Shown here piece by piece: positions 9,300 to 19,340 of a stretch of DNA of 64,000 nt. The DNA is from a virus: the IMG/VR virus record IMGVR_UViG_3300043411_001314, positions 1 through 64,000 of that record; one strand, written 5' to 3'. Position numbers and translations under genes: made by a program. Position 1 is the first letter of the stretch, and the number at the start of each line of letters is the position of its first letter. The notes beneath the pieces were generated by a model. The model was not told where the DNA came from, searched no databases, and worked only from the letters and a program-made list of their open reading frames with translations.

Positions 9300-9581
9300 T
9301 CACAGGTCGTCGTCCCGTTCAGCGAGGGCGGCCAGGGTCCAGAACCCGTCGGGGTCGAGGTCGGCAAGGAGCTCGGGGTCGGCGGGGATCACAGCCACCT
9401 CGACCTCGCGCCGGCCGGCCCACTGGACGACCCGGTTGAGGGCTGAGTACGTCCGGTGTGTTCGACATCTACTCATCAAGGCGACGGCCAGCTCCTCGAT
9501 GACCACGGCGTACAGCGGCCGGTCCAGGAAGACGATCTCGGGCTCGTCGCCGTAGGTGATGGCCCACGTCCATACGGTCAT
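9300..9581 (-). CDS. hypothetical protein
   Basis: GGGGGAG RBS, ATG at 9581. Confidence 0.5.
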   Translation of the reverse strand: MTVWTWAITYGDEPEIVFLDRPLYAVVIEELAVALMSRCRTHRTYSALNRVVQWAGRREVEVAVIPADPELLADLDPDGFWTLAALAERDDDL

Positions 9582-9735
9582 AGAGCTCCCCCCATTGCCA
9601 TCACTTCTTTCTCCTCCAATGCAGCCAAGCATGAAAGTGAGCAGGCGTCCAGGTCTCTTCGTCGACCGCGGCTCCCTCGCTCCAGCACCCAGTGCTGGGA
9701 TCCGTTGATTTCCTGGCGGCAGTTGGAGCATCGTG

Positions 9736-10056
9736 TCATGGATCTTCTTTGGTCGAAGCCAGTGTGAGCGGGCCAAGATGCCTGTCGAGGTCGGACTTGA
9801 GCGTGTCCAGCAGGTTGCGATACTCGAGGTGGCGAGCGATGTGTTTTGCGGCTTTGGGGCCGTGCGCTCGGAGCAGGTTGGCGTGGTGTTCATCGGTCGT
9901 TTCCCACCGGGCGTTCGAGGGCGCGTTGGTGATCTGGGCGTCCACGTAACGGGCGAGGACCACGGCCTGGTGGGAGACCATCTCGTCGGACACCACCTTG
10001 ATCGCGTTGCGCAGCACCGCTTCGTGAGTGCGGCGCTCGACCATAACTCCGGTCAT
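9736..10056 (-). CDS. hypothetical protein
   Basis: ATGA-coupled. Confidence 0.55.
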   Translation of the reverse strand: MTGVMVERRTHEAVLRNAIKVVSDEMVSHQAVVLARYVDAQITNAPSNARWETTDEHHANLLRAHGPKAAKHIARHLEYRNLLDTLKSDLDRHLGPLTLASTKEDP

Positions 10057-10241
10057 TGGGGCTGGGGCCAGAGCTGCTTGATGATGTCCATGATGCCCGC
10101 TACGTCCGCCGTCACGGTCATGGTGTACCCGGACTTCAGGACGACGATCGTGCCCCCCGAGTCGGGGTCTACGTCCAGGGCGGCGAGCTCGGTGTCGTTG
10201 ACGGCGACATCGAATCCGTCCAGGCGCTCCAGGGTGATCAT
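10053..10241 (-). CDS. hypothetical protein (FlbD-like small beta fold possible)
   Basis: MITLERLDG..VAVN..L......GTIVVLKSG pattern. Confidence 0.5.
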   Translation of the reverse strand: MITLERLDGFDVAVNDTELAALDVDPDSGGTIVVLKSGYTMTVTADVAGIMDIIKQLWPQPQ

Positions 10242-10555
10242 GTGGAAGCCGTCCATGTTTCCTCCACACCACCTTCCTCGGCCTCGAACGTGAAGTCGAG
10301 CTCGAGCGACCCGTCCTCTTGCCTCGTGAGGTGCACGTTGATCCCGCTGGCAGCCTTGCCTTCGGCCCACGCTAGAGCCTCCTTCGGGTTGAGGCCGGTC
10401 CTCAGCCCGGCACTGGCCAGGACCGCCACCACGCAGGCGTCGACCACCCGGTCAGCTAGGCGGACCTGACCGGTGAGGTGGGCGACGAGGGCCTCGGACA
10501 TATCCGACATGTCTTCGGCGTCGAGTGGGGTCCAGTTGTTGGTGATGGTCGTCAT
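10238..10555 (-). CDS. hypothetical protein
   Basis: coupled ORF with AGGA RBS. Confidence 0.6.
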   Translation of the reverse strand: MTTITNNWTPLDAEDMSDMSEALVAHLTGQVRLADRVVDACVVAVLASAGLRTGLNPKEALAWAEGKAASGINVHLTRQEDGSLELDFTFEAEEGGVEETWTAST

Positions 10556-10989
10556 GGGGCTTCCTGGGTGAGGTCGAGGTTCTCGATGATGGATGTGGCG
10601 TTTCGCACGGCCGAGGCCATGAAGTTGACCCGAGCTCTGAGACGATTGTTTTCGTTGTGGAGCATCTGGATGGTGGTGGCGTACTCCGGGTCCATGTCCT
10701 CGGGGGCCGGCCAGCGGATCGGGATGGGAGCGTCGAAGGTGGACTCCACGTACCGGAGGCTGTTGTCGTCGCCCGGCAACTGGCCGAGGAACGACACGGT
10801 CTCATCCGACGCCGACTTCGGCTCGGTCGACACCGTGAGCCAAGCCCCGTACATGATGTGGCTCGTCAGGTTGTGGGGGTCGGGTCTCGTGTAGTGGCAG
10901 TACACGACATCACCCGGCTTGACGTGACGTGCCTGGGTGAGGGACACGATGTGGGCAGTGGATTCTCCGCGATCTGGTAGCTCAGCCAT
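10552..10989 (-). CDS. hypothetical protein with C-terminal coiled coil
   Basis: coupled ORF. Confidence 0.6.
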   Translation of the reverse strand: MAELPDRGESTAHIVSLTQARHVKPGDVVYCHYTRPDPHNLTSHIMYGAWLTVSTEPKSASDETVSFLGQLPGDDNSLRYVESTFDAPIPIRWPAPEDMDPEYATTIQMLHNENNRLRARVNFMASAVRNATSIIENLDLTQEAP

Positions 10990-11506
10990 GGTCACCCTCG
11001 CCGAAGTTGGCCCAGCCGTGCGGGAGGCCCCACTTGTGCATCGCCACACCCACGGCGGCCTCGGCGGTGGTGCTGGGCCAGTTCACCATGGTCATGCTTG
11101 TCGCCTCGTGCTCGCTGAGTACGTGGACGAGCTCGTCGATGAAGTACATCGAGATGGAGTGGCAGCCACTCGCATCGACCACCACGCGACCCAACTTCCC
11201 CATGGCCCGGAGCCCGAGGATCGTCGGGCCGCCGGGGCCTTCCGGGTGCTTGGGGAGGAGGATCGTCAGGAGGTCTGCGTCGTTGGCCGCCGGCTGGCGC
11301 TTCCGGTCGAAGGCGGTCATCTCCCCGTCGACCACGATCACCGCGTGCGGGTAGTACGCGACGTGCCGGCGTGGGCCCATGGAGTTGCTGTACCGGTGGT
11401 CGTCGTCTCGGGCCAGGGAGAAGGTGCCGTTCTCCGCCTGGGTTACCAGGACGGGGGCGTCCCACTGGTTGGTGGTCGGGATGATCTCTACGTCGATGCC
11501 GTTCAC
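10982..11506 (-). CDS. hypothetical protein
   Basis: GAGGAG RBS, GTGA overlap. Confidence 0.6.
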   Translation of the reverse strand: MNGIDVEIIPTTNQWDAPVLVTQAENGTFSLARDDDHRYSNSMGPRRHVAYYPHAVIVVDGEMTAFDRKRQPAANDADLLTILLPKHPEGPGGPTILGLRAMGKLGRVVVDASGCHSISMYFIDELVHVLSEHEATSMTMVNWPSTTAEAAVGVAMHKWGLPHGWANFGEGDHG

Positions 11507-11745
11507 TTGCTCTCCTCGTTGAGGTCGATGAGTTCTGATGTGGGCAGTACTTCGAAGGTTGCGGTCCAGCAGAGCATCTTGATCTCGATGCTGCCGTTCT
11601 TGGCGATGATGTCGCGCACGTCCTGCCAGGTGAGGGGCTCATCCGAGGCTTCGGCGATTGCCCGGTAGGCCGCTACCTCGGTGCGGCACACGTTGACCAC
11701 GCTGCCGTCTTCGGCGACGATTGCCCAGCCGGCCATCATTGCCAC
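11503..11745 (-). CDS. hypothetical protein
   Basis: coupled ORF. Confidence 0.55.
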   Translation of the reverse strand: MAMMAGWAIVAEDGSVVNVCRTEVAAYRAIAEASDEPLTWQDVRDIIAKNGSIEIKMLCWTATFEVLPTSELIDLNEESK

Positions 11746-12023
11746 TCCCCCTCGCGTATCTGATCACGTACCCGGGTGGCCAGGCTGTCGCGCAGGGCTT
11801 GGAGCCGGGCCTTGGTCACCTCGTGCTCGGCTCGCTCGAGCCGTAGGCGTGCCTCGCATGCTATGACCCGTCGAGCCTCGACCTCGGGTGAACGTTCGAC
11901 GATCACCCGTTCGGCCCGCATGCGCCAGGCGACCGCTCGGGCGCGGGCCAGCTTGAGCTCGTTGCGCTGCACCCAGTTCAGGACCATGAGTCCGATGGCA
12001 AGGATTGCCCAAAATGTGGTCAC
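11736..12023 (-). CDS. membrane-anchored coiled-coil protein
   Basis: N-terminal TM helix followed by heptads. Confidence 0.55.
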   Translation of the reverse strand: MTTFWAILAIGLMVLNWVQRNELKLARARAVAWRMRAERVIVERSPEVEARRVIACEARLRLERAEHEVTKARLQALRDSLATRVRDQIREGEWQ

Positions 12024-12433
12024 CCCGGTCCTCCGTTCGCCAGTTCGAGTAGCACGTCGGCGTGGCAGGGCTGGTCAAGCGGGCACCAGCACGCCAGGTC
12101 ATGACCGCGTAGCTCGGCCTTCACGTCACTTGCGCTGATCCATCCCGAGCCGGTGCGGGGTGACGGGTAGCCCTCCCACGCGAAACCATTGTCGTGGTCG
12201 GTGACCAGGTGGTCCCGAAACGCCCCTCGAAACGCCTTGACCGCGAACTCCGCCGCCGCCGCTTTGTCGAGGAAGAACCACCCTGTGGTGGGGCTCCGAA
12301 CTCCCCAGAACCCATCGCGCGTTTCGATCAGTCGGTAGGGGTTCCCCCACTTCGACGGGCGTGCCACGACGATGGCCCCCTCGGGCTTGCGCCAGCCCTT
12401 GGTGCGACGCAGCTGGATCCGTTGCGGGCTCAC
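12020..12433 (-). CDS. DUF4326-family protein
   Basis: RIQLRRTKGWRKP..V.RPSKWGNPY...LRGHDLACWCPLDQPCHADVL. Confidence 0.9.
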   Translation of the reverse strand: MSPQRIQLRRTKGWRKPEGAIVVARPSKWGNPYRLIETRDGFWGVRSPTTGWFFLDKAAAAEFAVKAFRGAFRDHLVTDHDNGFAWEGYPSPRTGSGWISASDVKAELRGHDLACWCPLDQPCHADVLLELANGGPG

Positions 12434-12624
12434 CCTTCCTCCCATTCGATTGTCACCGTCACCAGATCGCCCACCAGTGGGCCGGCTACCCCTGCCTCTG
12501 TTGCCTGCGGCCATCGGATGCCGATGTACTCGTAGGCGGTCCATCCGTCGCCCTCCACCCACTCCATGTCGGATCCCTTGACCGCGACAACAGCCAGATT
12601 CTTGGTCATGCGCTTCGTCATCAC
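12430..12624 (-). CDS. hypothetical protein
   Basis: coupled ORF. Confidence 0.5.
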   Translation of the reverse strand: MMTKRMTKNLAVVAVKGSDMEWVEGDGWTAYEYIGIRWPQATEAGVAGPLVGDLVTVTIEWEEG

Positions 12625-13136
12625 AGGTCCTTCAGGATCGCAGCGTCACCCTTGGCGGCCCAGAGGGCGGCCTCGAGCTCGGCGACCCGCAGCTTGAGCT
12701 TCTCGGCCTCAGCGACGGCCTCCTGGTGGAGCGCGTAGGGGGCCTTGCCCTCGGGGTTCAGGATGGTGACCGCTACCTGGATGGTCCCCTCGGGGTCGAC
12801 CAGCCTCATCTCGAGGTAGTTGATGGCGTCGGGGTTGTTCGACAGGCTGGCCCGGGCGAGTCCGGCCGCCCACCGAGAGAGGACCTCGGCTGGCTCGACG
12901 GCCATGCCGTCGGGGTCGAGGGCCCACAGCTTGCCGGCGTCGTCGGTGTGGAGTCGGGCGTTCGGGACGTCCTCGGGGTCGAGCTCGGCCCGGGGAGCGT
13001 CGTCGGGGATCTCGAAGCGGAGGGCGGTCATGTTGGTGGTCAGGAACTTGGTGTCCGGCCACATCTGGCCAATCGCCCACATCAGGTTGCCGGCGATGTC
13101 CATAGGGAGGGGGAGTCGGATGAGTACTTCAGTCAT
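12621..13136 (-). CDS. hypothetical protein
   Basis: AGGA RBS, 171 aa. Confidence 0.6.
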   Translation of the reverse strand: MTEVLIRLPLPMDIAGNLMWAIGQMWPDTKFLTTNMTALRFEIPDDAPRAELDPEDVPNARLHTDDAGKLWALDPDGMAVEPAEVLSRWAAGLARASLSNNPDAINYLEMRLVDPEGTIQVAVTILNPEGKAPYALHQEAVAEAEKLKLRVAELEAALWAAKGDAAILKDL

Positions 13137-13143
13137 GGGGGTC

Positions 13144-13362
13144 CTATCTGTTCTTGGGGGGTCGTGTTCCGAGGTGCCAGAGCCCGCAGTTGAGGCACTG
13201 GTAGGCGTGGAGGCCGAGGGGGTGCTTGTTGTTGCGCCTGGCCCGGGAGCGAATCCCCCCGGCCGCGGCTTTGGCTGTGGGCCCGTCCGGGTACTGGAGC
13301 TTGCGCATGCAGGTGATCTGCTGCTTCGCCTTCGCCCGTTTCTTCGAGCCGCGGTGCTTCAT
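13144..13362 (-). CDS. small basic Zn-binding protein
   Basis: C.RK..Y...A......AYQCLNCGLWHL. Confidence 0.65.
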   Translation of the reverse strand: MKHRGSKKRAKAKQQITCMRKLQYPDGPTAKAAAGGIRSRARRNNKHPLGLHAYQCLNCGLWHLGTRPPKNR

Positions 13363-13426
13363 GGGCCTAGTAGCTCTTTGATCACCGCCATCGCTGCGAG
13401 TGCTGCGAGGCACCACGTCTGGCGGG

Positions 13427-13636
13427 TCACGGGGTGGTGTCCTTCGCTCGCCACTCCGCCCAGAAGTTGGCGAGGATCACCCTGCACTCGTCGGCGTCGG
13501 CAAGCTCGGCCTCGGTCGGGTCGTCGGGATCGGCTGCGATCATCCGGGCGAGCGCCTGGGTAGCGTTGTGCTCGTCGAACGGGCGCCACTCGGTGTCGCC
13601 GCACGTGAAGGTGATCTCGTAGGTGATGTCGGTCAT
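13427..13636 (-). CDS. hypothetical protein
   Basis: GGAGG RBS, coupled. Confidence 0.55.
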   Translation of the reverse strand: MTDITYEITFTCGDTEWRPFDEHNATQALARMIAADPDDPTEAELADADECRVILANFWAEWRAKDTTP

Positions 13637-13950
13637 GCGTCCTCCAGGTCGATCTCGACCCCCTGCTGCAGGTCGTTGAGTTTCGCCCCGATGTCGAGGT
13701 CGATCTCCGTCCAGTCCTCGGCTGTCTTCGCCCCCAGTGGCTGGTAGGTGGCGCAGAGGTGGTTCACTTCGTCGGCTGTGAGGTACAGCGGGTACTGGCC
13801 GGGCTGGTTGACGGCCTGGGCTGAGACCCGGGCCTGCTCTGTGAGGTGAAAGGCCCTGGCTGTGGCGAGCTCGGCGCCGAGCCTTCGCACCTCCGCCCGG
13901 AGCTTGCCGTTCTGCTCTGTCAGGATGGCATGCTCGCGCTCCAGTGTCAT
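13633..13950 (-). CDS. hypothetical coiled-coil protein
   Basis: ATG at 13950 overlapping RusA stop. Confidence 0.55.
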   Translation of the reverse strand: MTLEREHAILTEQNGKLRAEVRRLGAELATARAFHLTEQARVSAQAVNQPGQYPLYLTADEVNHLCATYQPLGAKTAEDWTEIDLDIGAKLNDLQQGVEIDLEDA

Positions 13951-14321
13951 GTGCACTCCAAGATGTTGATGATGATCCCGTCGGATCTGGTGGGGTCCAG
14001 CCGCGGTGCCAGGTAGGTGATTGCGTGGACGTACTTGCCGCTGTCGTCGGGGAGAACGCCGGCGGCGACGAAGCCGTCGATGATCCCCTTGGCCGACGGC
14101 GCGATGGCGCCGGGGTCTGGAAGCGGATCCTCGGTGAGGCGGGCCTGGAAGGTGAGCTCGACGAGCTCGAGCTTGGGGATGCCCTTGAGCCGCACGGCTT
14201 GGATGCTGGCGTTCTTCCACTTCTGGCGCTCGCGGTGGGAGGTCATGTAGTGGTTCCGGCGCTCGTGGTTCTCGAGCGTTGGCCGGCCGAGCCAGTCGAT
14301 GGCGAAGGTCCAGGAGGTCAC
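13947..14321 (-). CDS. rusA: RusA-like Holliday junction resolvase
   Basis: PDPGAIAPSAKGIIDGFVAAGVLPDDS: D..K..D..DD pattern. Confidence 0.75.
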   Translation of the reverse strand: MTSWTFAIDWLGRPTLENHERRNHYMTSHRERQKWKNASIQAVRLKGIPKLELVELTFQARLTEDPLPDPGAIAPSAKGIIDGFVAAGVLPDDSGKYVHAITYLAPRLDPTRSDGIIINILECT

Positions 14322-15166
14322 GGGTCCTCGCTGAGGACTTCGACTGTGCCGGAGCCGTCCCAGCCGATCGCTGGGTCATGGACGTTCGCCAAGAGAACGC
14401 CGTCGTGGTCCGTGAACGCCAGGCATCCGTCAGCCCCGTAGCGGGTTCCGCCGACCTCAGGGAACCCCACTAGCCGCCTCTGGTCGGCAACGACTTCCCA
14501 CCACGGCACCCGCTCCGTCTCGGGCTCCGGCACGGCCCGGGGAGCACGCACCTCCACCCACGTCCTGTCGGATGCGTTGTCGGAGCCACACACGAACCAC
14601 GGGAAGTCGACGCACGTCCGCACGGCCTCGCCGAGCACGTTCGGCGCCAAGGCGAGCCACGTCGGCACCCCGTCCTCGTCCGTCAGACCGGACAGCACCG
14701 CACCCGGCCACGGCGGGACGGGGGGTGGGGTGGTGCTTTCCGGCCGACCAGCACCCACCCATGCGTCGTATCCGCTGAACAGGCCGCGTCTGGCGTTCGT
14801 TGTCTCCGGTGAATCCCCACCCTCGGACTCGGTGTATCGGCCGATCAGTCGCATGGCGTCCCCAAGGGACGACGGGGTGCGCGTGGGGGGTGGGTCCTCC
14901 GTGTCGCCGTTCAGCATGGCGTCCTCGATCCGGCCCACCACTTCGGGCGTCAACCATTCCGGGGCGGGGGGCTCCTGGTGCCACGTCCACGAGGTGGGGA
15001 TGCGGTAGGTGATGCCAGCGCGAAGCGACCCAGCGAACTGATCGGCCGTCTGGTTGGCCGTCGGGAAGTCCCCCGCCCTGCCCATCGCCCGCACCTCTAC
15101 CCCTGCGGCGACCGCTGCGGCCAACTCGTCGGGGTCGGCGCAGTCACGCCACTCCGGGGCGGTCAC
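14318..15166 (-). CDS. modular hypothetical protein (paralogue of 47169..48599)
   Basis: [71 protein letters not shown]. Confidence 0.75.
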   Translation of the reverse strand: MTAPEWRDCADPDELAAAVAAGVEVRAMGRAGDFPTANQTADQFAGSLRAGITYRIPTSWTWHQEPPAPEWLTPEVVGRIEDAMLNGDTEDPPPTRTPSSLGDAMRLIGRYTESEGGDSPETTNARRGLFSGYDAWVGAGRPESTTPPPVPPWPGAVLSGLTDEDGVPTWLALAPNVLGEAVRTCVDFPWFVCGSDNASDRTWVEVRAPRAVPEPETERVPWWEVVADQRRLVGFPEVGGTRYGADGCLAFTDHDGVLLANVHDPAIGWDGSGTVEVLSEDP

Positions 15167-15498
15167 GGGGTCACCACCCTGGTGAGGGCATCGGTGGGAA
15201 ACGGGCGCTCGTCGTCGTGGTCGCCGTCGATGGCGACGAAAGGCCAACCGCCCTTAGGTGCCACCACCACCGTGCCGGTGAGCTGCACCCGGTCGCCCAC
15301 CTTGAGCGGCGGGAAGCGCCACCAGTAGAGGTACTCGTCGACGGCAGCGCCACTAGCCAGCCAGCGGTCAGCGGACGCCGTATGGGGGTCCCAGGTCGCC
15401 CCCAGCCGCTCGCACCCGTCGGGCAGGTCGCGGCCCAGTGTCGGGCCGTGCACACCCTCGGGGGGTTGGTAGGTCGGAACCTCGTTGCTCTCGTTCAT
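15163..15498 (-). CDS. [15 protein letters not shown]-family protein (copy 2)
   Basis: paralogue of 46855..47172; C-terminal [12 protein letters not shown]3/KOW-like segment. Confidence 0.75.
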   Translation of the reverse strand: MNESNEVPTYQPPEGVHGPTLGRDLPDGCERLGATWDPHTASADRWLASGAAVDEYLYWWRFPPLKVGDRVQLTGTVVVAPKGGWPFVAIDGDHDDERPFPTDALTRVVTP

Positions 15499-16790
15499 CG
15501 CTCCATGTCCTCTCGCTCGATCAGTCCATCGGGCAGCCCGCACACCTCGGCCCACAGGCCGATCAGCAGATCCCGCTGCGCCGCCGTGTAGGGGCCGTCG
15601 TCGGTGGCGAGATCCCACGTCACAACCGCCCTGGCCGCACCCCAGGCCGCACCCCTGGCCGCATCCCTGGCCGCACCCCTGGCCGCATCCCAGGCCGCAC
15701 CCCAGGCCGCACCCCAGGCCGCATCCCTGGCCGCACCCCTGGCCGCACCCCAGGCCGCACCCCAGGCCGCATCCCTGGCCGCACCCCTGGCCGCACCCCA
15801 GGCCGCATCCCTGGCCGCATCCCTGGCCGCACCCCTGGCCGCACCCCAGGCCGCAGCCAACCGCTTCGCCTCGTTGGGGGTGAGGGTCGCGGCACGTCGC
15901 ACCAGCGCCACGACCGCCCGCCACTGCGGCCCGAACGTCTCGATCAGGTCGGCGTCGGTGATGTCCCAGCCTGCACGGGCCAGCTGCACCACCTCGCCTT
16001 CCGTGCGGGTGATGGCGTCGTTCCATGTCGTGGACCAGCGATCGAGCCGGGCCTCGACCTGCTCGATTAGGTAGGCGTCACCGGGCACCGGGCAGCACCG
16101 ACGGATCGCACCGTGCAGGCACATCGCCTGCTTGTTGCCGTAGGCGCCTTTCCGCCAGTGGCCTGCCAGGGTGTCGGCCAGCTTGTCGCCGCCAACGTGG
16201 ATCACTGTCTCGTTCATCGCTGCTTCCTCTCTCGTCGGTCCATCACTCGTTCCGTCACACCCGCCGCCGTCGCCAGCGCGGCCAGCGGGCCAATCGGCAG
16301 GGACGCGGTATCGGGCAATGTTGGGATCGCCCTCGGATGGGAGGTATAGATCTTTGGCTGGCAGCCAGGCGCATCCCTCGTCGGACTGGTACTCCACAAC
16401 CCCGGCCCGGTGCGCCTCGTCGGCTTCCTTGTGGGTCGCCGGGGTGCGCCAGCCGTCTTCATGGACGGGGGTGTCCATCCGGTACTTCCACCCGGCGAGG
16501 TACGCGTCCCACGCCCGTCGTTCTTCCGTCGTCATCTTCCGAAGAACGAAGTCCATGTCCCGGGCGTGAAGCCAGATGTGGCCCATGATGTTCTCGATCA
16601 GCTCTTGGTGGTCGAGGACCACGGCCATGACTTCATTCACCATGTCGTCCGTGGTGTGGAACGTCGAGCCGGCGAACCCGTCGAGCGCCAGCCCGATCCG
16701 CTCCCGCAGCCAGGCGTCAGCGTACTGGGGGTCCTGCATGCGGCTGGCGAGGTACTCATCGGCGCCCGTCGGGGCTTGATCTGTCTCCAT
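15495..16790 (-). CDS. hypothetical protein with AAW/AAR tetrapeptide repeats; probably two fused genes (internal start 16217)
   Basis: 431 aa ORF; internal GAGAGGAAG RBS before MNETVIH. Confidence 0.65.
   Translation of the reverse strand: METDQAPTGADEYLASRMQDPQYADAWLRERIGLALDGFAGSTFHTTDDMVNEVMAVVLDHQELIENIMGHIWLHARDMDFVLRKMTTEERRAWDAYLAGWKYRMDTPVHEDGWRTPATHKEADEAHRAGVVEYQSDEGCAWLPAKDLYLPSEGDPNIARYRVPADWPAGRAGDGGGCDGTSDGPTREEAAMNETVIHVGGDKLADTLAGHWRKGAYGNKQAMCLHGAIRRCCPVPGDAYLIEQVEARLDRWSTTWNDAITRTEGEVVQLARAGWDITDADLIETFGPQWRAVVALVRRAATLTPNEAKRLAAAWGAARGAARDAARDAAWGAARGAARDAAWGAAWGAARGAARDAAWGAAWGAAWDAARGAARDAARGAAWGAARAVVTWDLATDDGPYTAAQRDLLIGLWAEVCGLPDGLIEREDMER
15629..15857 (-). repeat. 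12-bp tandem repeat, about 19 units, encoding AA[W/R][G/D]
   Basis: GCG GCC (T/A)GG G(G/A)T reiterated. Confidence 0.95.
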
Positions 16791-16838
16791 AGGGGATCAG
16801 CATACTCCATCCCATATCGGGCCCGTCAATGACCTTCG

Positions 16839-16866
16839 TGAACGCCCCCCCGTCAGCTGCCGATGA
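16839..16866 (+). promoter_or_regulatory. sigma28/WhiG-type late promoter
   Basis: TGAA-N16-GCCGATGA upstream of 16918. Confidence 0.75.
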
Positions 16867-16917
16867 ATGGTCAGGAACTGGCGCAGCCGATGCTGCCCTG
16901 ACAGATCGGAGAAGTTC

Positions 16918-17343
16918 ATGTCCTACACTGGTCAGATCGCCCCTGATGGCAGACGGTACGCCGATGGTGACCCCGCCACCCCCACGGTGACCCCGACCCC
17001 GGCCGGCAAGATGGTCACCCACGGTTCGTTCGATGCGGTCACCGCCGACCTCGGCGACCTGGACGGCCTCCTGGTCCGCATCGCCCTCGACGCCGTCGTC
17101 ACCGCCACGGATGCCACGGTGACCTCGGCTACCGCTGCGTTCTCGTCGGCCGATGTGGGCGCTGAGATCTCCGGCGTGGGCATCCCTGCCAACGCGACCA
17201 TCGCCAGCGTCACCAACGCCACCACCATCGAGCTGTCGGCCGTGGCCACCGCCTCGGGTACTGGCGTGGACATCACCATCACCCGGAATCTCGCCGACGT
17301 GGTGGCCGACCACACCACCCGCATCGAGGTCCTCGAGCCCTGA
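16918..17343 (+). CDS. putative virion (tail-associated) protein
   Basis: T/A/S-rich beta module also inserted in the tail tube protein; GGAG RBS. Confidence 0.7.
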   Translation: MSYTGQIAPDGRRYADGDPATPTVTPTPAGKMVTHGSFDAVTADLGDLDGLLVRIALDAVVTATDATVTSATAAFSSADVGAEISGVGIPANATIASVTNATTIELSAVATASGTGVDITITRNLADVVADHTTRIEVLEP

Positions 17344-17406
17344 GCCTGGGCCTGGCGCCGCCAAGGCTCCTACCTGGGGCGTGGGTGTCCTGTGGCTGAG
17401 CTGCCA

Positions 17407-17442
17407 CGAAACAGCCCCCTGCTTCGGCCGGGGGCTGTTTCG
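17407..17442. terminator. intrinsic terminator-like hairpin
   Basis: CGAAACAGCCCCC-loop-GGGGGCTGTTTCG. Confidence 0.65.
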
Positions 17443-17448
17443 CGCAAG

Positions 17449-17477
17449 TGAACGCCCTCGCTGCGATCTGCCGATAG
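17449..17477 (+). promoter_or_regulatory. sigma28/WhiG-type late promoter (leaderless)
   Basis: TGAA-N17-GCCGATAG, GTG start 7 nt downstream. Confidence 0.7.
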
Positions 17478-17484
17478 GGGGAAT

Positions 17485-18933
17485 GTGGAGATTGAGCTGA
17501 CGACCCAAATCGGTGCCGACGGGATCCGCTACACCACCGGGGAGCAGCCCACTGACCCGGCGCCCTACCGGCGAGACCAGCCGACCCAAGCCGACCTGGC
17601 CACCCCGGACCTGCCGGGCGGCGTCGGGTTTCGCTCTGGTCTCAACGTGTGGAAGGCCAAGGTTCAGGCGGCTACCTCCGCATCCCCCGTGGATGTGGTG
17701 GTGATCCATGACTCCCTGTGGGACATCGGTGACGCCTCAACGCCGTCGGCTGCCCAGATGCTGCACCGAGCGCTCAACGCCGCCGCCGGTGTCTACGGCG
17801 CCGACCCGATCGGCACATCCACGCTGCCGCTGCCGGTGCACGGTCACCCGGGGGCGGGGACTGGGTCCACCTCATCGCAGGGTGTGGTGGCCACTACCGC
17901 CACAGGCAAGCAGGGTTCGACGCTCAGCAACGGGAACGTCCTCACCCACGTCGCCACCGCCACCGGGTTCAGCGTCCTATACCGCACTGACCCCACCTAC
18001 GGCTCCATGACGATTCGGGACGGCGCCGGGGGCACCGTCCTCGCCACGATCGACTGCGCGGCGACCGCCAAGTCCGGCCGCCTCTGGACCTCCGGCGCCC
18101 TGTCGGATGCCTCCCACACCCTGCACATCACGTCGACCGGCACCACCCGTGTCGAGATGGTCATGCCGACCCGTTCCACCAAGGTCCGCACCTGGCCCGC
18201 CGGGTGGGGCGGCGCCACCACCGACGACTTCATGGACAACGCGGACCGGGCGCTCGACCTCATCGACACCTTGGAGACGGCCGGGACGCTCGGTCTGGTG
18301 ATCGTCGCCATGGGGACCAATGACGACGGCGAGCCGTCGGATGTGTCCACCCTGGTTGACCTAGTCCGCACCCACACGACTGCTGACGTGGTGCTCTGGT
18401 TGCCGTACATGTCTGGGGCATTCGGCCAGGCTGAGTATGACGCGATGATCCCCTACGCCCGCGCCGCCGACGCCGTGCTCGTGGACGCCTCGGTGGTCGC
18501 AGATCAGATCGTCACGGTCGACGGCACTCACCCGGGCGGGGCCGGGCGGGCTGTCATGGCCGCCCACCTCGCGGCGGTCCTGTCCGGCGACCCGATCGGT
18601 GCTGCGATCCGCCTCGGAGCAGCCGTCGCCTCCGGGCGCGGGGCGACCACCACCCGGATGGAGGAGACGGGCCTCAACATCTCGGGTGACTCGTACATGC
18701 TGCGGACCGCTGCCGCCACGTTCGGGTTTGGGTCCGGGCTCTCCCTCCTGTTCGGGACCCCCGACGGCACCCTCCGGGCGTCTGCCCTTCAGGGCACCGA
18801 GAAGGCATCTGACCCTGCCGCTCCCGCCGCCAACACCGGGATCCTCTACTTCCGGGACAACGGGTCCGGCAAGACCCAGCTCTGCGTTCGCTTCGCCACC
18901 GGTGCCATCCAAGTCGTCGCCACTCAGCCCTGA
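17485..18933 (+). CDS. tail fibre/spike with SGNH/GDSL esterase-like domain
   Basis: VVIHDS (block I variant), GWGG, MGTND (block III), DGTHP (block V); C-terminal tail-fibre-like LYFRDNGSGKTQLCVRF. Confidence 0.75.
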   Translation: MEIELTTQIGADGIRYTTGEQPTDPAPYRRDQPTQADLATPDLPGGVGFRSGLNVWKAKVQAATSASPVDVVVIHDSLWDIGDASTPSAAQMLHRALNAAAGVYGADPIGTSTLPLPVHGHPGAGTGSTSSQGVVATTATGKQGSTLSNGNVLTHVATATGFSVLYRTDPTYGSMTIRDGAGGTVLATIDCAATAKSGRLWTSGALSDASHTLHITSTGTTRVEMVMPTRSTKVRTWPAGWGGATTDDFMDNADRALDLIDTLETAGTLGLVIVAMGTNDDGEPSDVSTLVDLVRTHTTADVVLWLPYMSGAFGQAEYDAMIPYARAADAVLVDASVVADQIVTVDGTHPGGAGRAVMAAHLAAVLSGDPIGAAIRLGAAVASGRGATTTRMEETGLNISGDSYMLRTAAATFGFGSGLSLLFGTPDGTLRASALQGTEKASDPAAPAANTGILYFRDNGSGKTQLCVRFATGAIQVVATQP

Positions 18934-18961
18934 GTGCCCAACCCCGAAGGAACCGACCGAC

Positions 18962-19336
18962 ATGATCCCCAACGACAACATCCGGTTTGCCATCTACGCA
19001 ACCCTCGGCCTGGCCTGCGCCGTACTACTGGGCACCGGGCTCCTCACCGAGGAGAACCTCACGGTCGCCGCCAAGTGGCTCGCCGGCTTCGGGGTCGGGG
19101 CCAGCGTGTTGGCCGCGACAAACGTCCGCAGGAAGGACGCCGAGGTGCGGCCGGCTGCCCCCGATGCCCCGCCAGCAGTGGCGCCGGCCATCGAGGCCGA
19201 GGAGCTTCCCTGCCTTGGGTGTGACGAGCCCGAGGTGACCCGGGCCGCCGAGGACCTGATCACCTACGCCGAGGCGCTTCGCATGGCGGAGGACGCCGCT
19301 ACAGAGGCGTACCGCCAAATCGAACTCGGGGGGTAA
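18962..19336 (+). CDS. holin
   Basis: IRFAIY..two TMs..LAATNV, directly upstream of endolysin. Confidence 0.75.
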   Translation: MIPNDNIRFAIYATLGLACAVLLGTGLLTEENLTVAAKWLAGFGVGASVLAATNVRRKDAEVRPAAPDAPPAVAPAIEAEELPCLGCDEPEVTRAAEDLITYAEALRMAEDAATEAYRQIELGG

Positions 19337-19340
19337 TCCC

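Noticed and set aside
15629-15857. CRISPR array
   Set aside because: Contiguous 12-bp units without spacers, in frame within a CDS; no cas genes
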